DNA of 64,000 nt from an uncultured archaeon (GTDB lineage Archaea > Asgardarchaeota > Jordiarchaeia > Jordiarchaeales > Jordiarchaeaceae), in the NCBI GenBank assembly GCA_964510585.1, contig CAZECW010000193.1, positions 1,248 through 65,247 on the forward strand, read 5' to 3'. The notes below the pieces were generated by a model. That model worked only from the letters and a program-made list of their open reading frames with translations, ran no database searches and was not told where the DNA came from. The position numbers were made by a program, and so were the translations under genes. Shown here piece by piece: positions 31,254-41,283 of the stretch. Positions within the stretch are counted from its first letter, which is position 1. Each line of letters begins with the position of its first letter.

Positions 31254-32402
31254 TTAGGACTTCAGAAGCTGCCCAGCAATTACCATTCTTTGAACCTCGC
31301 TTGTTCCCTCATATATCTCAAGTACTTTGGCGTCTCGATAGTATCTCTCAATGGGATAGTCTTTCATGTATCCATAGCCTCCATGAATTTGAAGTGCTTT
31401 TGAAACCACTTCGGTGCAAATCCTTGAGGAGTACAGTTTTGCCATTGCTACTTCTTTGGTGAATCTTGCCCCTTTATCTTTTAGGTATGCGGCTCTGTAG
31501 GTAAGGAGGCTAGCTGCTTCTATTTGGGTAGCCATCTCGGCCAGCATGAATTGTACCGCTTGGAACTGGGCGATAGGTCTTCCGAACTGCTGCCTTTGCT
31601 GGGAGTATTTGAGTGCTTCTTCGAATGCTGCTCTGGCTAGTCCCACTGCTTGAGCTGATGCTCCAATTCTAGCCGAGTCAAGAATGGTCATAGCTATTCT
31701 GAAGCCTTCCCCTTCCTTTCCCAAAAGATTAGCTTTAGGTATTCTACAATCATCAAAAATTAGTTCGGAATTGACGGCGGCACGCATGCCCATCTTGTCT
31801 TCTTTGGGACCGGCACTAAATCTTGGGGTTCCCTTCTCAACTAGGAAGGCACTTATGGGTTTTTTCTTGGCATCACCGGTTGAGGGTGTTGTGGCAAATA
31901 CTAGGGCTACCCCCGCTACTGGGCCGCTTGTTATAAATATTTTACTACCCTTTAGTATGTACTCATCTCCATCTGGAGTAGCAGTGGTTCTGAGGGCTTG
32001 AGCGTCGCTTCCAGCGCCTGGTTCTGTTAGCGCGAAGGCTCCTATGAGTTCGCCTTTGGCGAGTCTGGGAAGGAATCTTTTCTTCTGTTCTTCGGTGCCG
32101 AACTGCGCTATGGGTTGGGCGCAGGCAGAGTTGTGAATCTGTAGAGTTAAACCAATTCCACATACCACTCGGGATATTTCTTCTATCATTATGGCGTAGC
32201 TCACGGTGTCCAGTTCCGAGCCGCCGTACTCTTTGGGAATCTGTGCGCCTAAATAGCCCTGCTCTGCCATTTTCTTAATCTCTTCCCAGGGGAACTCCGC
32301 CTTCTCATCCATTTCTCGGGCTCTGGGGGCTAATACGGTTTCAGCGAATTCTCTAACCGTACTTCTGATTAATTGCTGCTCCTCGGTAAAGTCAAAATTC
32401 AT
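31254..32402 (-). CDS. Acyl-CoA dehydrogenase (butyryl-CoA dehydrogenase-like)
   Basis: …GAFALTEPGAGSDA…; C-terminal …YEGTSEVQRMVIAGQLLK; length 382 aa. Confidence 0.9.
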   Translation of the reverse strand: MNFDFTEEQQLIRSTVREFAETVLAPRAREMDEKAEFPWEEIKKMAEQGYLGAQIPKEYGGSELDTVSYAIMIEEISRVVCGIGLTLQIHNSACAQPIAQFGTEEQKKRFLPRLAKGELIGAFALTEPGAGSDAQALRTTATPDGDEYILKGSKIFITSGPVAGVALVFATTPSTGDAKKKPISAFLVEKGTPRFSAGPKEDKMGMRAAVNSELIFDDCRIPKANLLGKEGEGFRIAMTILDSARIGASAQAVGLARAAFEEALKYSQQRQQFGRPIAQFQAVQFMLAEMATQIEAASLLTYRAAYLKDKGARFTKEVAMAKLYSSRICTEVVSKALQIHGGYGYMKDYPIERYYRDAKVLEIYEGTSEVQRMVIAGQLLKS

Positions 32403-32622
32403 AACAACACCTCACATACTGAATTTGTTCTTCAAACAGTTGTTAATGTTATAAACTAATGAATTTTTGTGTTCTATAAACTTATATAATTAATGATTCC
32501 CCGCCCGAAAAATATGTGTCAAACAACCAGTTTACTTTGAAAAAGCTCTTGCTTTGAAAAAATTTTTAGAATGTACCAAAGTGTGGGTGGATTTAACCCC
32601 TAATAATTTGTAGAAGTAGGGC

Positions 32623-33255
32623 TTAGAGGGATGGCTGTGGAGATGGCTGCATAAGTGTAATTGTTATTAGTCCGGTGTGTATTCTGTATTTGTCTTGATC
32701 CGCCTCTAGTATTTCTGCTTTTACTAGTTTTTCTAGTGATTCCTCAATAGTTGCTTCCTCCAATCCCAACTTTAGTAAATCCTCTTTGGCAGCCTCCCCT
32801 TTTTCAACTATGAATTCAAGGATTTTACCTATGGCAGTTGTGGAATCGCATCCCAAGAGGTCGCAGATTTTTCTATTCTCAGGATAGTTTACTTTTAATG
32901 AGTTGATGTTGTAGTTTTTTTCGTCTATACTATCAAACCAGCCTGCGAAGGCTGCGACTCGACCGACTAGTGAGAGTTGAGCTAGGGCTACCTTTTGTTC
33001 GCTTGCAAATTTTAGGATGACTGTGATGCCGCTTGACACGCGTAGAATGAGGTAGTTTCCCGTGGAGAGAAAATCGCCCACCTTTAATTGGGGGAAAAGG
33101 TTGATTAAATCCCTTAATACTTCGTTGTCATCGAAATTATATTGGTAAAGAATTTTTCCCGAGTTGGCGACAACCACTCCTCCCACCGGCCTGCCACTTC
33201 CACACTGCGCAAAAACATTTTTGAAAGCCAGTTCGGGGTTTATCTCCAAAGACAC
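32623..33255 (-). CDS. Roadblock/LC7 (MglB-like) domain protein with a C-terminal winged-helix domain
   Basis: N-terminus …PVGGVVVANSGKILYQYNF…DFLSTGNYLILRVSSGITVILKFASE has the roadblock beta-alpha-beta-beta pattern. C-terminus …ICDLLGCDSTTAIGKILEFIVEKGEAAKEDLLKLGLEEATIEESLEKLVKAEIL looks wHTH-like. Directly downstream of the small GTPase on the same strand. Confidence 0.5.
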   Translation of the reverse strand: MSLEINPELAFKNVFAQCGSGRPVGGVVVANSGKILYQYNFDDNEVLRDLINLFPQLKVGDFLSTGNYLILRVSSGITVILKFASEQKVALAQLSLVGRVAAFAGWFDSIDEKNYNINSLKVNYPENRKICDLLGCDSTTAIGKILEFIVEKGEAAKEDLLKLGLEEATIEESLEKLVKAEILEADQDKYRIHTGLITITLMQPSPQPSL

Positions 33256-33307
33256 CGACCTCTAGAAATACTATTTTGGGAGCTTAAGGGTCAAACATCT
33301 ATTTTCT

Positions 33308-33868
33308 CTAGGATGTTTCCTCACTCAAGTTCAGGTACTTGGTTGCAATCATTTTTACCAGTTCTTTGAGCAGTTCTTTTGTGCCGTCGCCGCGTAGGGC
33401 TGAAGTTTCAAAGTAGTCTATTCCCAGTTTTTCACAAAACTTTTTTGCTTGCTCTGTGGATACATGTCCCTTATCTATTTTCCTTATGTCGATTTTATTT
33501 CCAACTATTATTTTGGGAATACCGTCAACGTTTTCCTGCTTCATTATTTTTAACCATTCCTTGATGCCCTCAAGAGTCTTAGGCTGGGTAACATCAAACA
33601 TTAATACAGCGGCCTTTGCTCCCTTATAAAAAGAGCCGGAAATTTCGCGAAACTGGTCTTGGCCCCCGATGTCCCAGAAATGCAGCCAGATTTCCTGTTT
33701 TGAATGTTTTACGTCAATGAGTCCAAAATCAACCCCTATAGTTGTACGGTATATGGGATCAACCAATCCCTCAGTGTATCTTTGCTTAATGGTGGTTTTT
33801 CCCACCCCACCGTTACCCAGTAAAAGCACCTTAAATATGTACTTTTCTTTCAAGAGAGTTAACCTCAC
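33308..33868 (-). CDS. Ras-superfamily small GTPase, Rab-like
   Basis: G1 GNGGVGKTT; switch I YRTTIGVDF; G3 WDIGGQDQF; G4 GNKIDI; G5 ETSAL. Closely follows the Rab consensus (YxSTIGVDF / WDTAGQERF / GNKxDL / ETSAK). No C-terminal prenylation Cys motif. Confidence 0.8.
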   Translation of the reverse strand: MRLTLLKEKYIFKVLLLGNGGVGKTTIKQRYTEGLVDPIYRTTIGVDFGLIDVKHSKQEIWLHFWDIGGQDQFREISGSFYKGAKAAVLMFDVTQPKTLEGIKEWLKIMKQENVDGIPKIIVGNKIDIRKIDKGHVSTEQAKKFCEKLGIDYFETSALRGDGTKELLKELVKMIATKYLNLSEETS

Positions 33869-33972
33869 TCACAGTGCCTGTTGCTACAATTTTATTTTTC
33901 CGCTAAAAATAAATAGCTTTTGGCTCTTAAGATTTTTCATATTACAACTTTTAGTTTTGTGGGGTTTCTCCT

Positions 33973-34977
33973 TTGATTCACGCTCTACTTATTATCACGC
34001 AAGACGGAATGGGGCACGTAGCATTTGATGATGGCTTGGGTATTAATTTCACTCTTTTTTCGGGCATGCTGATGGCCTTAAACAAGTTTCTATCCCAGAT
34101 TTTTGGTGGGGAACAAATTAACCGTGAAATTGAACTTGAACTGTACTCGCTTCTACTTAGGGAAACAGGTAAGGGTCTATGGGTTTGTATTCACGATGCG
34201 TCTGATAATATGGAACTTATGTATTCAAAATTGGACCAACTAATCAGTTTGATTGAGAAGGAGGTAGACTTCGAAAATGACTTGAAAGGTACTTTAGATC
34301 TGGATGCCAAATTAAAGAAGAAAATAGAAAAAATTGTTAAAATTAAAACCGTACCCAGATCACTTCAATCATTCATAAGTAAAGAGATTAACTGGCTATC
34401 CGAGGGACGAATGATAAATATTATTCTCCAGAATGTCTACCTTATTTCTCTGGAGGGAGGAATAGCTTCCAGCTGGGAAAAAGAAGCCAAACCGGACATC
34501 GGCACCCGCTACGCATGTTTAAAGATGCTAAAAAGCCTACCCAACACTGTGAATCTCAAACTGGAGCTTTCCATCAAACACGAGGCTGGAACTGAGGAGT
34601 GGCGGTTCAGAAGAATAGGGGATAGCGAATTTTTCCTATTTCTGAGAGCGATTATGAACGAGGGCTCAAGAGCTCTCTTCGGGATTCTAGTCGACAAGAT
34701 AGTGGAAGGTCTAGTTGATGTACTAAAAGAGAAAGCCTCCATCGAACCAATAGTAGAACCCAGCGCCATTCTCCCCCCACAGAAGCCACTAGCAACCCTA
34801 AAGCAGAAAAAACAGGTCACCCTTATGAAGGAGGAGAAAATTCCCAAGGACGAGGAATTATTAACCAGTTTAGAAACCCTTGTTCAGAAGGTAGCAAAAA
34901 GAATCAAAACACTCTCAACGATAGAAGTCAAAGAAGAGAATATTAAACCAACCAAAAGGGCCGAGGTGGATGATTAG
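33973..34977 (+). CDS. Longin/roadblock-like domain protein with a Lys/Glu-rich C-terminal region
   Basis: N-terminus MIHALLIITQDGMGHVAFDDGLGINFTLFSGMLMALNKFLSQIFGGE…LYSLLLRETGKGLWVCIHDASDN fits a longin/roadblock-type beta-beta-alpha-beta-beta-alpha pattern. Divergently oriented from the GTPase gene. Confidence 0.4.
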   Translation: MIHALLIITQDGMGHVAFDDGLGINFTLFSGMLMALNKFLSQIFGGEQINREIELELYSLLLRETGKGLWVCIHDASDNMELMYSKLDQLISLIEKEVDFENDLKGTLDLDAKLKKKIEKIVKIKTVPRSLQSFISKEINWLSEGRMINIILQNVYLISLEGGIASSWEKEAKPDIGTRYACLKMLKSLPNTVNLKLELSIKHEAGTEEWRFRRIGDSEFFLFLRAIMNEGSRALFGILVDKIVEGLVDVLKEKASIEPIVEPSAILPPQKPLATLKQKKQVTLMKEEKIPKDEELLTSLETLVQKVAKRIKTLSTIEVKEENIKPTKRAEVDD

Positions 34978-35045
34978 CATAACTATCCAAAATATAGCCC
35001 AAAATTTTATGGATTACTGGGTAAAGTTTTAAATGTCCATTTTGT

Positions 35046-36140
35046 GTGGATTTTTTTACAAAGAAATATGGTGAGGGAGCAGATATTAAAGATGGAAAAC
35101 TGGAGTTCTACTCTCCCCTAATGAATAGTCTAATAAAACCTCTCATCGAGAAAAAGAGGAAGGAACACGAAACACTGTTCAACGAAGTTGGAGTTCTAGT
35201 TCAGGCGAATTTTTCTCAGAGAACCATCGAGCTATACATGGAAATTTTGAAAAATAAACAAACCATTGAATATCTTTTGGAGCAGGGTTACAATTTACTT
35301 TCAATATCCGGGTTACTGACAAACATTGCTCAAATAAACGTTTTAAGGGCCAAAATTGAAGGCCGCGTTAAAAAGAACTTGGAGAGCAAGATTGAAGAGG
35401 CTGAGGAGAAACTAAACTCGGCTAAAAGGCAACTAAACCAAACCTATGAGAATATAAAGTCCTATCAAGGATTCGAATGGTTAATATTCGCATACACATA
35501 TCTTAAAGATGCTGAAACCAGTGTCAACACCCTAAAAGCCAGAGAGGAGGTAGACTCAGAATTATTCTATCAAGCATGCCTAGCAATAGAGCTATGCAAT
35601 ATTTTCACAGACTTCACCAAAATTGTAGAAGACATCGACGAGAAGGGGAAAAAAGCCGAAGATTTAAAAAAATCCATGAAAGACTTCGCCTTTAGAATGA
35701 TCCAAACCGCAGAATACACTCTCAAAACTGTGCAACCAGAACACGTCAACAATCCCGAAGAGGAATTCTTACTCCTAAAAACAACAAACTACTACGTCCC
35801 AGTAATGGAGAAGGCATTTAAAGAAGGAGATTACCTCAAAACAATCGACACCGCCCAACAAGTAATATACAATGCAGAAATAATAAAAGCAGCATTCCTT
35901 CAAGCACCCCAATCCTATATTAGAAACATGATAACACAAAAATTCTTAGAGTTCAACCAACTAATACTCCTAACCAGACAAAAAGGCAAATTCGACGCGA
36001 TACTACCCCTATTCTACTATGAAAAAGCAGCGGGGCCCCTGGGTGAACCTTCAAAAATGATAGCAAGCGCAAACCTCTCCATGACCCTAATAGGAGTAAT
36101 GGAACAAGAACTAAGACCATCAGCAATATTCACCACTTAA
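35046..36140 (+). CDS. Hypothetical all-alpha (coiled-coil-rich) protein, 364 aa
   Basis: ORF only; helical and heptad-like composition; no recognised family. Confidence 0.35.
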   Translation: MDFFTKKYGEGADIKDGKLEFYSPLMNSLIKPLIEKKRKEHETLFNEVGVLVQANFSQRTIELYMEILKNKQTIEYLLEQGYNLLSISGLLTNIAQINVLRAKIEGRVKKNLESKIEEAEEKLNSAKRQLNQTYENIKSYQGFEWLIFAYTYLKDAETSVNTLKAREEVDSELFYQACLAIELCNIFTDFTKIVEDIDEKGKKAEDLKKSMKDFAFRMIQTAEYTLKTVQPEHVNNPEEEFLLLKTTNYYVPVMEKAFKEGDYLKTIDTAQQVIYNAEIIKAAFLQAPQSYIRNMITQKFLEFNQLILLTRQKGKFDAILPLFYYEKAAGPLGEPSKMIASANLSMTLIGVMEQELRPSAIFTT

Positions 36141-36816
36141 AAAATATCTAAAAAATGTTGCTTTGACGAAAATGCATCATCCAAGCTCACATGACAAAAA
36201 AGGGGACACTATTCACAAGGCGGAAACTATAAAGTTACCAATGTGCATTATAGAGCCCAGAAATTTGAATTATTATAAATCCATTGAAATTGTTTTAATA
36301 TCATCAGCTTAAAGACAAAATTCATAACCTAACGTACTCCACGGTTAAAGTGGTTGGAGAAGTACCATTTTTCGTCGAAAAAGTAAAATGTTTCAAGAAT
36401 GGAAACATCAAAAAGTAGAAACGAAAACAAATTTTTCGCAAGCCAATATGGTGATTAAGAATTAATTGAGTTCATCCCTTATTTTGTGTTCTAAACTGTG
36501 AGAAAACGCATAAGCCATATGTCATAACATTGACTCCTAACTTTTTATTTTACTATTGATTTTGCTAACTGCTTGTTTCCACCCCTACTCAACCGTGGTT
36601 TTCACGGAGTAGCGCTAAAACTTGTTAATTTAGGCTAAGCAAGTGGAATGTGGGGCTTTTCTAGCCTCCTCCACAAGGCTTCCATGCACCAACAGTTTTT
36701 ATTGAATATACGGGTGTGTGCCTTTTTGAAATCAAGGCGAACTTCTCTACTTCACCAGACAAAATTATCCAAATACTTAAATAATTTAATAGCGCTAAAT
36801 TATAAAAACCATCTGA

Positions 36817-37935
36817 ATGCAGTGTATGAATGTATGGGAGGTAAGATTTTTGGTCGAGGAATGGAGACTAATTTACAATCCAGAAGGAGATATGGCGGAC
36901 ACCGTAGCTTATCCCGCCGCATTAATAACTGGAAAAATGGTGGGAGCACCAAACACCATATTCATAGGAGGATTCAAAAAACTCGGAATCAGCCTAGGAT
37001 ACTTCCAAGACATAGACAGTGAAGTCGACGTAGCCAAGGCACAAGACCTAGACGTGGAAATTGTGCGCAGGCTAGGAGTAGGAGGAGGAACAATACTAAT
37101 AGACCCAAAAGGATCAATGGCAATGCTAATGACCTTCAACGCAGACCGATACCCCAACATGGACAAAGCATTCTGCCAAATCGGCGGTGCACTAGCGCAA
37201 GCCTACTGGAGACTAGGAGTAAAACGAGCATATTATGACCATATCGGAGATATCAAGGTGGGTTTTGAGAAGATTACTGGTTTTGGATTTGCAACTATCG
37301 GTAACATAACTGTTCAGAACACTATTTTCAGTTTGGGGCCCCCAGACGTTGAAACATTTTTGAAGGTTGCCAAGATTCCTCCGGAGAAGTGGAAGGACAA
37401 GAAGATTAGTGATGTGAAAAAATATATCGCCAGTGTTGAAACAGAAACCGGGAGGTTGCCCTCCAAGGAGGAGTTCAGGGATGCTGTGGTAGAAGCCTTC
37501 GAGGATATGTTGGAGGTTAAGTTTGTTGAAGGAGAACTGTTGCCGGAGGAGAAGAAGGCCTACGATGGGAATAGGGCCGTGGCGCTGTCTGACGAGCACA
37601 ACTTTAGGGTTTCGAGTGCTAGGAGATTCGCGAAAATTCCCGAGGATTGCAAGTTAAATATGGCGAGGTACAAGTCGCGGAAACTTATAGTGGCTCATGT
37701 TTTGAGCGATAAGAATGATGTGATAAAGGACGTTATGATTTCAGGAGACTTCTACTGTTCTCCGCTGCCCTATCTGGGAGAGATGGAAAAGTCTCTCGTG
37801 GGATTGAAGGCTACGGATAAGAATGCTCTAGTTAACAAGATTAAGGAGACCTATGCTAAGCCGAATTGGCAGATTCCCATGGTTGACGCAGAAGATATCG
37901 CATCCGCTATATACATGACTACTGGAAAAATTTGA
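36817..37935 (+). CDS. lplA: Lipoate-protein ligase A family protein, paralogue 1
   Basis: …EEWRLIYNPEGDMADTVAYPAALITGKMVGAPNTIFIGG…VEIVRRLGVGGGTILID… corresponds to the LplA RRxxGGGAVYHD region. Alignable with the second paralogue at 50723. ORF 36648..37022 overlaps its N-terminus and is rejected. Confidence 0.7.
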   Translation: MQCMNVWEVRFLVEEWRLIYNPEGDMADTVAYPAALITGKMVGAPNTIFIGGFKKLGISLGYFQDIDSEVDVAKAQDLDVEIVRRLGVGGGTILIDPKGSMAMLMTFNADRYPNMDKAFCQIGGALAQAYWRLGVKRAYYDHIGDIKVGFEKITGFGFATIGNITVQNTIFSLGPPDVETFLKVAKIPPEKWKDKKISDVKKYIASVETETGRLPSKEEFRDAVVEAFEDMLEVKFVEGELLPEEKKAYDGNRAVALSDEHNFRVSSARRFAKIPEDCKLNMARYKSRKLIVAHVLSDKNDVIKDVMISGDFYCSPLPYLGEMEKSLVGLKATDKNALVNKIKETYAKPNWQIPMVDAEDIASAIYMTTGKI

Positions 37936-37989
37936 ACCGCACAAAACACATTCACTTTTAGGCTTGGTTTAACCTTCCTCTATTTTTTG

Positions 37990-39044
37990 TTAGGCTAATT
38001 CCATTAGGTTGAGATAATATTCGCTTTCTCCATTCTGTACTATTTCTTGGATTATTTTTCCTATTTTTTCTCCTACTCCGGGGATTTTGGTTATTTTTTC
38101 TTCTTTTGTGAGTTTGACTATGTCTTGCGTGGTTTTGAAAATTTGATTTGCGGCTTTTCGATAGGCGCTTCCCCTTTTTCCGGTTATGTCTAGGAAGTAT
38201 GCTATTTGTTGGAGTAAGTGTGAGCATTCGTCTTTGATTGGGATTTTTCCATGGAAAAGTTTATGGGGAATTCTTAGTGGGATTTCATACTTTCTGCATG
38301 CTTCAAGAACGGTGCTGTTTATTTTTTGGTTGTATTCTTCGTTTGCGTGGTATCCTTGTTCACTGCATATCTGGCTGTACTTTGGGATTAGTTCCGGATG
38401 TTTTTCTTGCAGTTTTTGGTAGTAGTATTTTTTCTGGCGATCCCTGAGCATCAAGCCTCCTGCAATGATGAAGCTGGCTCCCTCCATTTTGGCCCTGGAA
38501 ACAAGTTTTTCGATGGATTCTGTGCTATCTGAAATAAAGGGTAAGATGGGCATTATCACCACTCCTGTTGGAACTCCCATTTTTGAAAATTTTCCAATTA
38601 CTCTGAGTCTTTCTTCTGGTGGGGAGGCTTGGGGCTCCCAGGTTTTCCAAACTTCGTCCTCAAGGCTGGTGATGGAGAAGGCTACTATGGCTAGGTTTTG
38701 CCCGTTTATTTCTCCTATTAGGTCGATGTCCCTCTCCACTAGGCTGGACTTGGTTAGAATGAAAATGGGGAAATTTAATTCTTTTATTGCCTCAAGCACC
38801 CTGCGGGTTACCTCATACTTTTTTCCAGGGGCTGGTATGAATCACCTATCCCTCCACCCACAGCCACGATTCCTTTTTCCCTGTTTCTCAGTTCTTTTTT
38901 CACAAGTTGGGGGGCGTTGACCTTTATGTAAATCTTGCTTCCAATGTCCAAATCCAAATAGTACCTTTCAGACCTTCCATCGCAATATTCACAGGCATGC
39001 TGACATCCCCGGTAAATATTCATAGCATATTTTCCAGAAACCAA
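37990..39044 (-). pseudogene. Radical SAM protein with a C-terminal helix-hairpin-helix (SPL/Rv2578c-like), split by a -1 frameshift in an A6 run
   Basis: N-terminal part (38808..39044) contains …YRGCQHACEYCDGRSE (CxxxCxxC)…GDSYQPLEKSMR*. The downstream frame continues …(P)GKKYEVTRRVLEAIKELNFPIFILTKSS… C-terminus …ITKIPGVGEKIGKIIQEI (HhH). One extra A in the ggAAAAAAgt run would fuse the frames. Confidence 0.7.
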
Positions 39045-39220
39045 CCATCGGCATAATTCCTCTCAAGAAGAATACTCCTAGGCTCAGTTAAAACTTCTAT
39101 AGGCATAACTTACTTGGCTCCCAAACAACTTTAGAAAACCATTTTTAGCCACAATGAAGCAAATTCAAACGTGAAAAATATTTGAAAAAGAAGGTTATAT
39201 GTTCTAAGTGTTTTCTGGGG

Positions 39221-39745
39221 CTAGTAGGTTTCCCAATGTATCATTTCTTCCAGGGGTCTTCTTCTGGGCGGGGTTTCGGGTCTCTTTGAGGGGTAGCCTA
39301 GTGCCAAGATGCTGAATGGCTCCACATGTTCGGGGATTTTTAATAATTCTCTTATCGCTTTTTTGTCAAGCACAGAGTCCCAGCAGGTTCCTAAACCTAA
39401 TCCGTGGGCTGCGAGCATCATGTTCATTATGGCTGCGGAGGCGTCCATAGGGGTATAGAATTGGCGGGCGTTCTCGTATCCCTTAGTGTACTTGTTCTGG
39501 TTAACGCAAACCACTAATGCTACTGGGGAATCCTTTAGGTAGGGGGCGTAGCCGGATAAGGAAGCCAGTTTCTCCCTCATTTCCTGACTGGAAACTACTA
39601 TCACCTCTATGGGTTGACGGTTACCCGCTGTGGGTGCCCATCTGGCTGCGTTAACAATTTTTTCTATGATTTCTTTGGAGACAGGTTTGCTTCGGTCATA
39701 GTCCCTTATACTTCTCCTATTTTCTATGGCTTCAAAAATATCCAT
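39221..39745 (-). CDS. Nitroreductase family protein
   Basis: …IENRRSIRDY…NAARWAPTAGNRQP… nitroreductase signature. Confidence 0.85.
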   Translation of the reverse strand: MDIFEAIENRRSIRDYDRSKPVSKEIIEKIVNAARWAPTAGNRQPIEVIVVSSQEMREKLASLSGYAPYLKDSPVALVVCVNQNKYTKGYENARQFYTPMDASAAIMNMMLAAHGLGLGTCWDSVLDKKAIRELLKIPEHVEPFSILALGYPSKRPETPPRRRPLEEMIHWETY

Positions 39746-39780
39746 TTCTTTTTCCCTTCTTTAGAATAATATTTTAACAT

Positions 39781-41271
39781 TTATCTCATGTAGGGGGTTA
39801 TATCTTTTTTTGCAGCTAAAACAACCATGTTGGCTAGTTCTTGAAGGTTTTTAACTGGGTAGCATTCAGCCCCTGCCTGAATATAATAGTCTACTACGGA
39901 GTCGCCGGTGTTCCAGAACTTGGGATCTTCAGGGTTTAGAATCATGAGTCTTTTTGAAATTTTGGCAAGTTTAGCTATTTTTTGGGCCGAGAGAGGGTAT
40001 CCTCTTAGGCTGCCGTAGAGTTCTCTTCTTCCGAGGTAGTCTCTGCAATCGCTTAGAATGATTACCGTGGTTTTCTTGGTTATGGTTCCCTCCGTTTTTT
40101 TGAGAAAGTCCTCGAAGGCTGTTTCCATGTTGCTGCTTCCTCCTCCCCGGTAAACATCCCACCAGTGGCTAATCTCTTGGAACAGCCTCTCAACCATACC
40201 CGTATCCAGTGCCTTGGTCACAGCCCAGCAGTGATCTGTGAAAATGTAGCCCCTAACTTCACTGAAGGCCTTTTTGATTCCCAACATTAAAGTTATAAAA
40301 AAGTCGGATATCCATTCGCAGCTCCCAGAAACATCACAGAGCAGTACAATTTCTGGCCTTTGAATCTTTCTCATCTTGTAATCCAGCTTGACCATTACTC
40401 CCCCATACTCAAGGGACTTGCGAATTGACTTGCGAATATTTATCTTACCTCTATCCGCAAGTTTCTCTCTTCTTGAAAGCCTGGATGCCAGCTGCTTTGC
40501 CAGTTTCTTTATGGTTCTCTCAATTTTTTCCACATTACTCACAAGAAAAACCAAGTCTCCCACATACTTGTTAAATTCCAGCTCCTCAATGTTTTGATAA
40601 TCCAGTTTCACGAGTTTAGAAATGAGTTCCTCCAGAGGATACTCTCCCCTAAACAATTCAAGAAATTTCCTCTGCGCAAAAGTTAGAACTTTCTCAATTC
40701 TCTCCAAATAGTCCTTAAAATCGGTGGGTTCATCCAGAGCCCATCCAGAGTAAAGCTTCATATACTCTATAAAATTTTTAAGCATCTTAGCAAAGGTGTC
40801 AGGGTCCTTGGTTTTGCTGAGGATTCGCTCCACAAGTTGGTCGGCGGCTCCCTCCAAATCATTTTCATCAATTGCCATACCTATCCCTCGGATACCACCA
40901 AACCTTGCCAAAACCTCCCGTCTTTGTCCTTGCTGGTCTCGCTGCTGAGGCTCAGTCTGCTGGTCTCCCTCCTGCGATGGTCTCTCTGTTCTCCGCTCCT
41001 GTCTCTCACCTTCGGAAAACAAGTCTCTTAATTGAGAGGGTGCTTTAGGTGTTCTTTTATTTTCCTCCATTATGTTGCAGAAATAGAGGTCGAAGATGCG
41101 GTCAAAATCTGGCCTGTCTGCTTCATCCTTTATGAGGCAGGCGGCTAAACCTTCCCTCATCACTTCCTTATCTATGTCTAGTAGTGTGAAGGCTCTGCAG
41201 GCGTCTATGGTCTCCGCTAAACCTACCCGAATGTTCCTTTCGCGAAGAAGCCTTACAAAGCCCTCAATCAT
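39781..41271 (-). CDS. VWA-domain protein, CoxE-like
   Basis: MIDAS-containing VWA domain (…IVLLCDVSGSCEWI…). Partner of the upstream MoxR ATPase (4-nt overlap region). Confidence 0.75.
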   Translation of the reverse strand: MIEGFVRLLRERNIRVGLAETIDACRAFTLLDIDKEVMREGLAACLIKDEADRPDFDRIFDLYFCNIMEENKRTPKAPSQLRDLFSEGERQERRTERPSQEGDQQTEPQQRDQQGQRREVLARFGGIRGIGMAIDENDLEGAADQLVERILSKTKDPDTFAKMLKNFIEYMKLYSGWALDEPTDFKDYLERIEKVLTFAQRKFLELFRGEYPLEELISKLVKLDYQNIEELEFNKYVGDLVFLVSNVEKIERTIKKLAKQLASRLSRREKLADRGKINIRKSIRKSLEYGGVMVKLDYKMRKIQRPEIVLLCDVSGSCEWISDFFITLMLGIKKAFSEVRGYIFTDHCWAVTKALDTGMVERLFQEISHWWDVYRGGGSSNMETAFEDFLKKTEGTITKKTTVIILSDCRDYLGRRELYGSLRGYPLSAQKIAKLAKISKRLMILNPEDPKFWNTGDSVVDYYIQAGAECYPVKNLQELANMVVLAAKKDITPYMR

Positions 41272-41283
41272 GTCTGGTAACCT

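Noticed and set aside
36648-37022. 124-aa + ORF upstream of lplA
   Set aside because: It is basic and low-complexity, and it overlaps the conserved LplA N-terminal region (EEWRLI…), which aligns with the second LplA paralogue.
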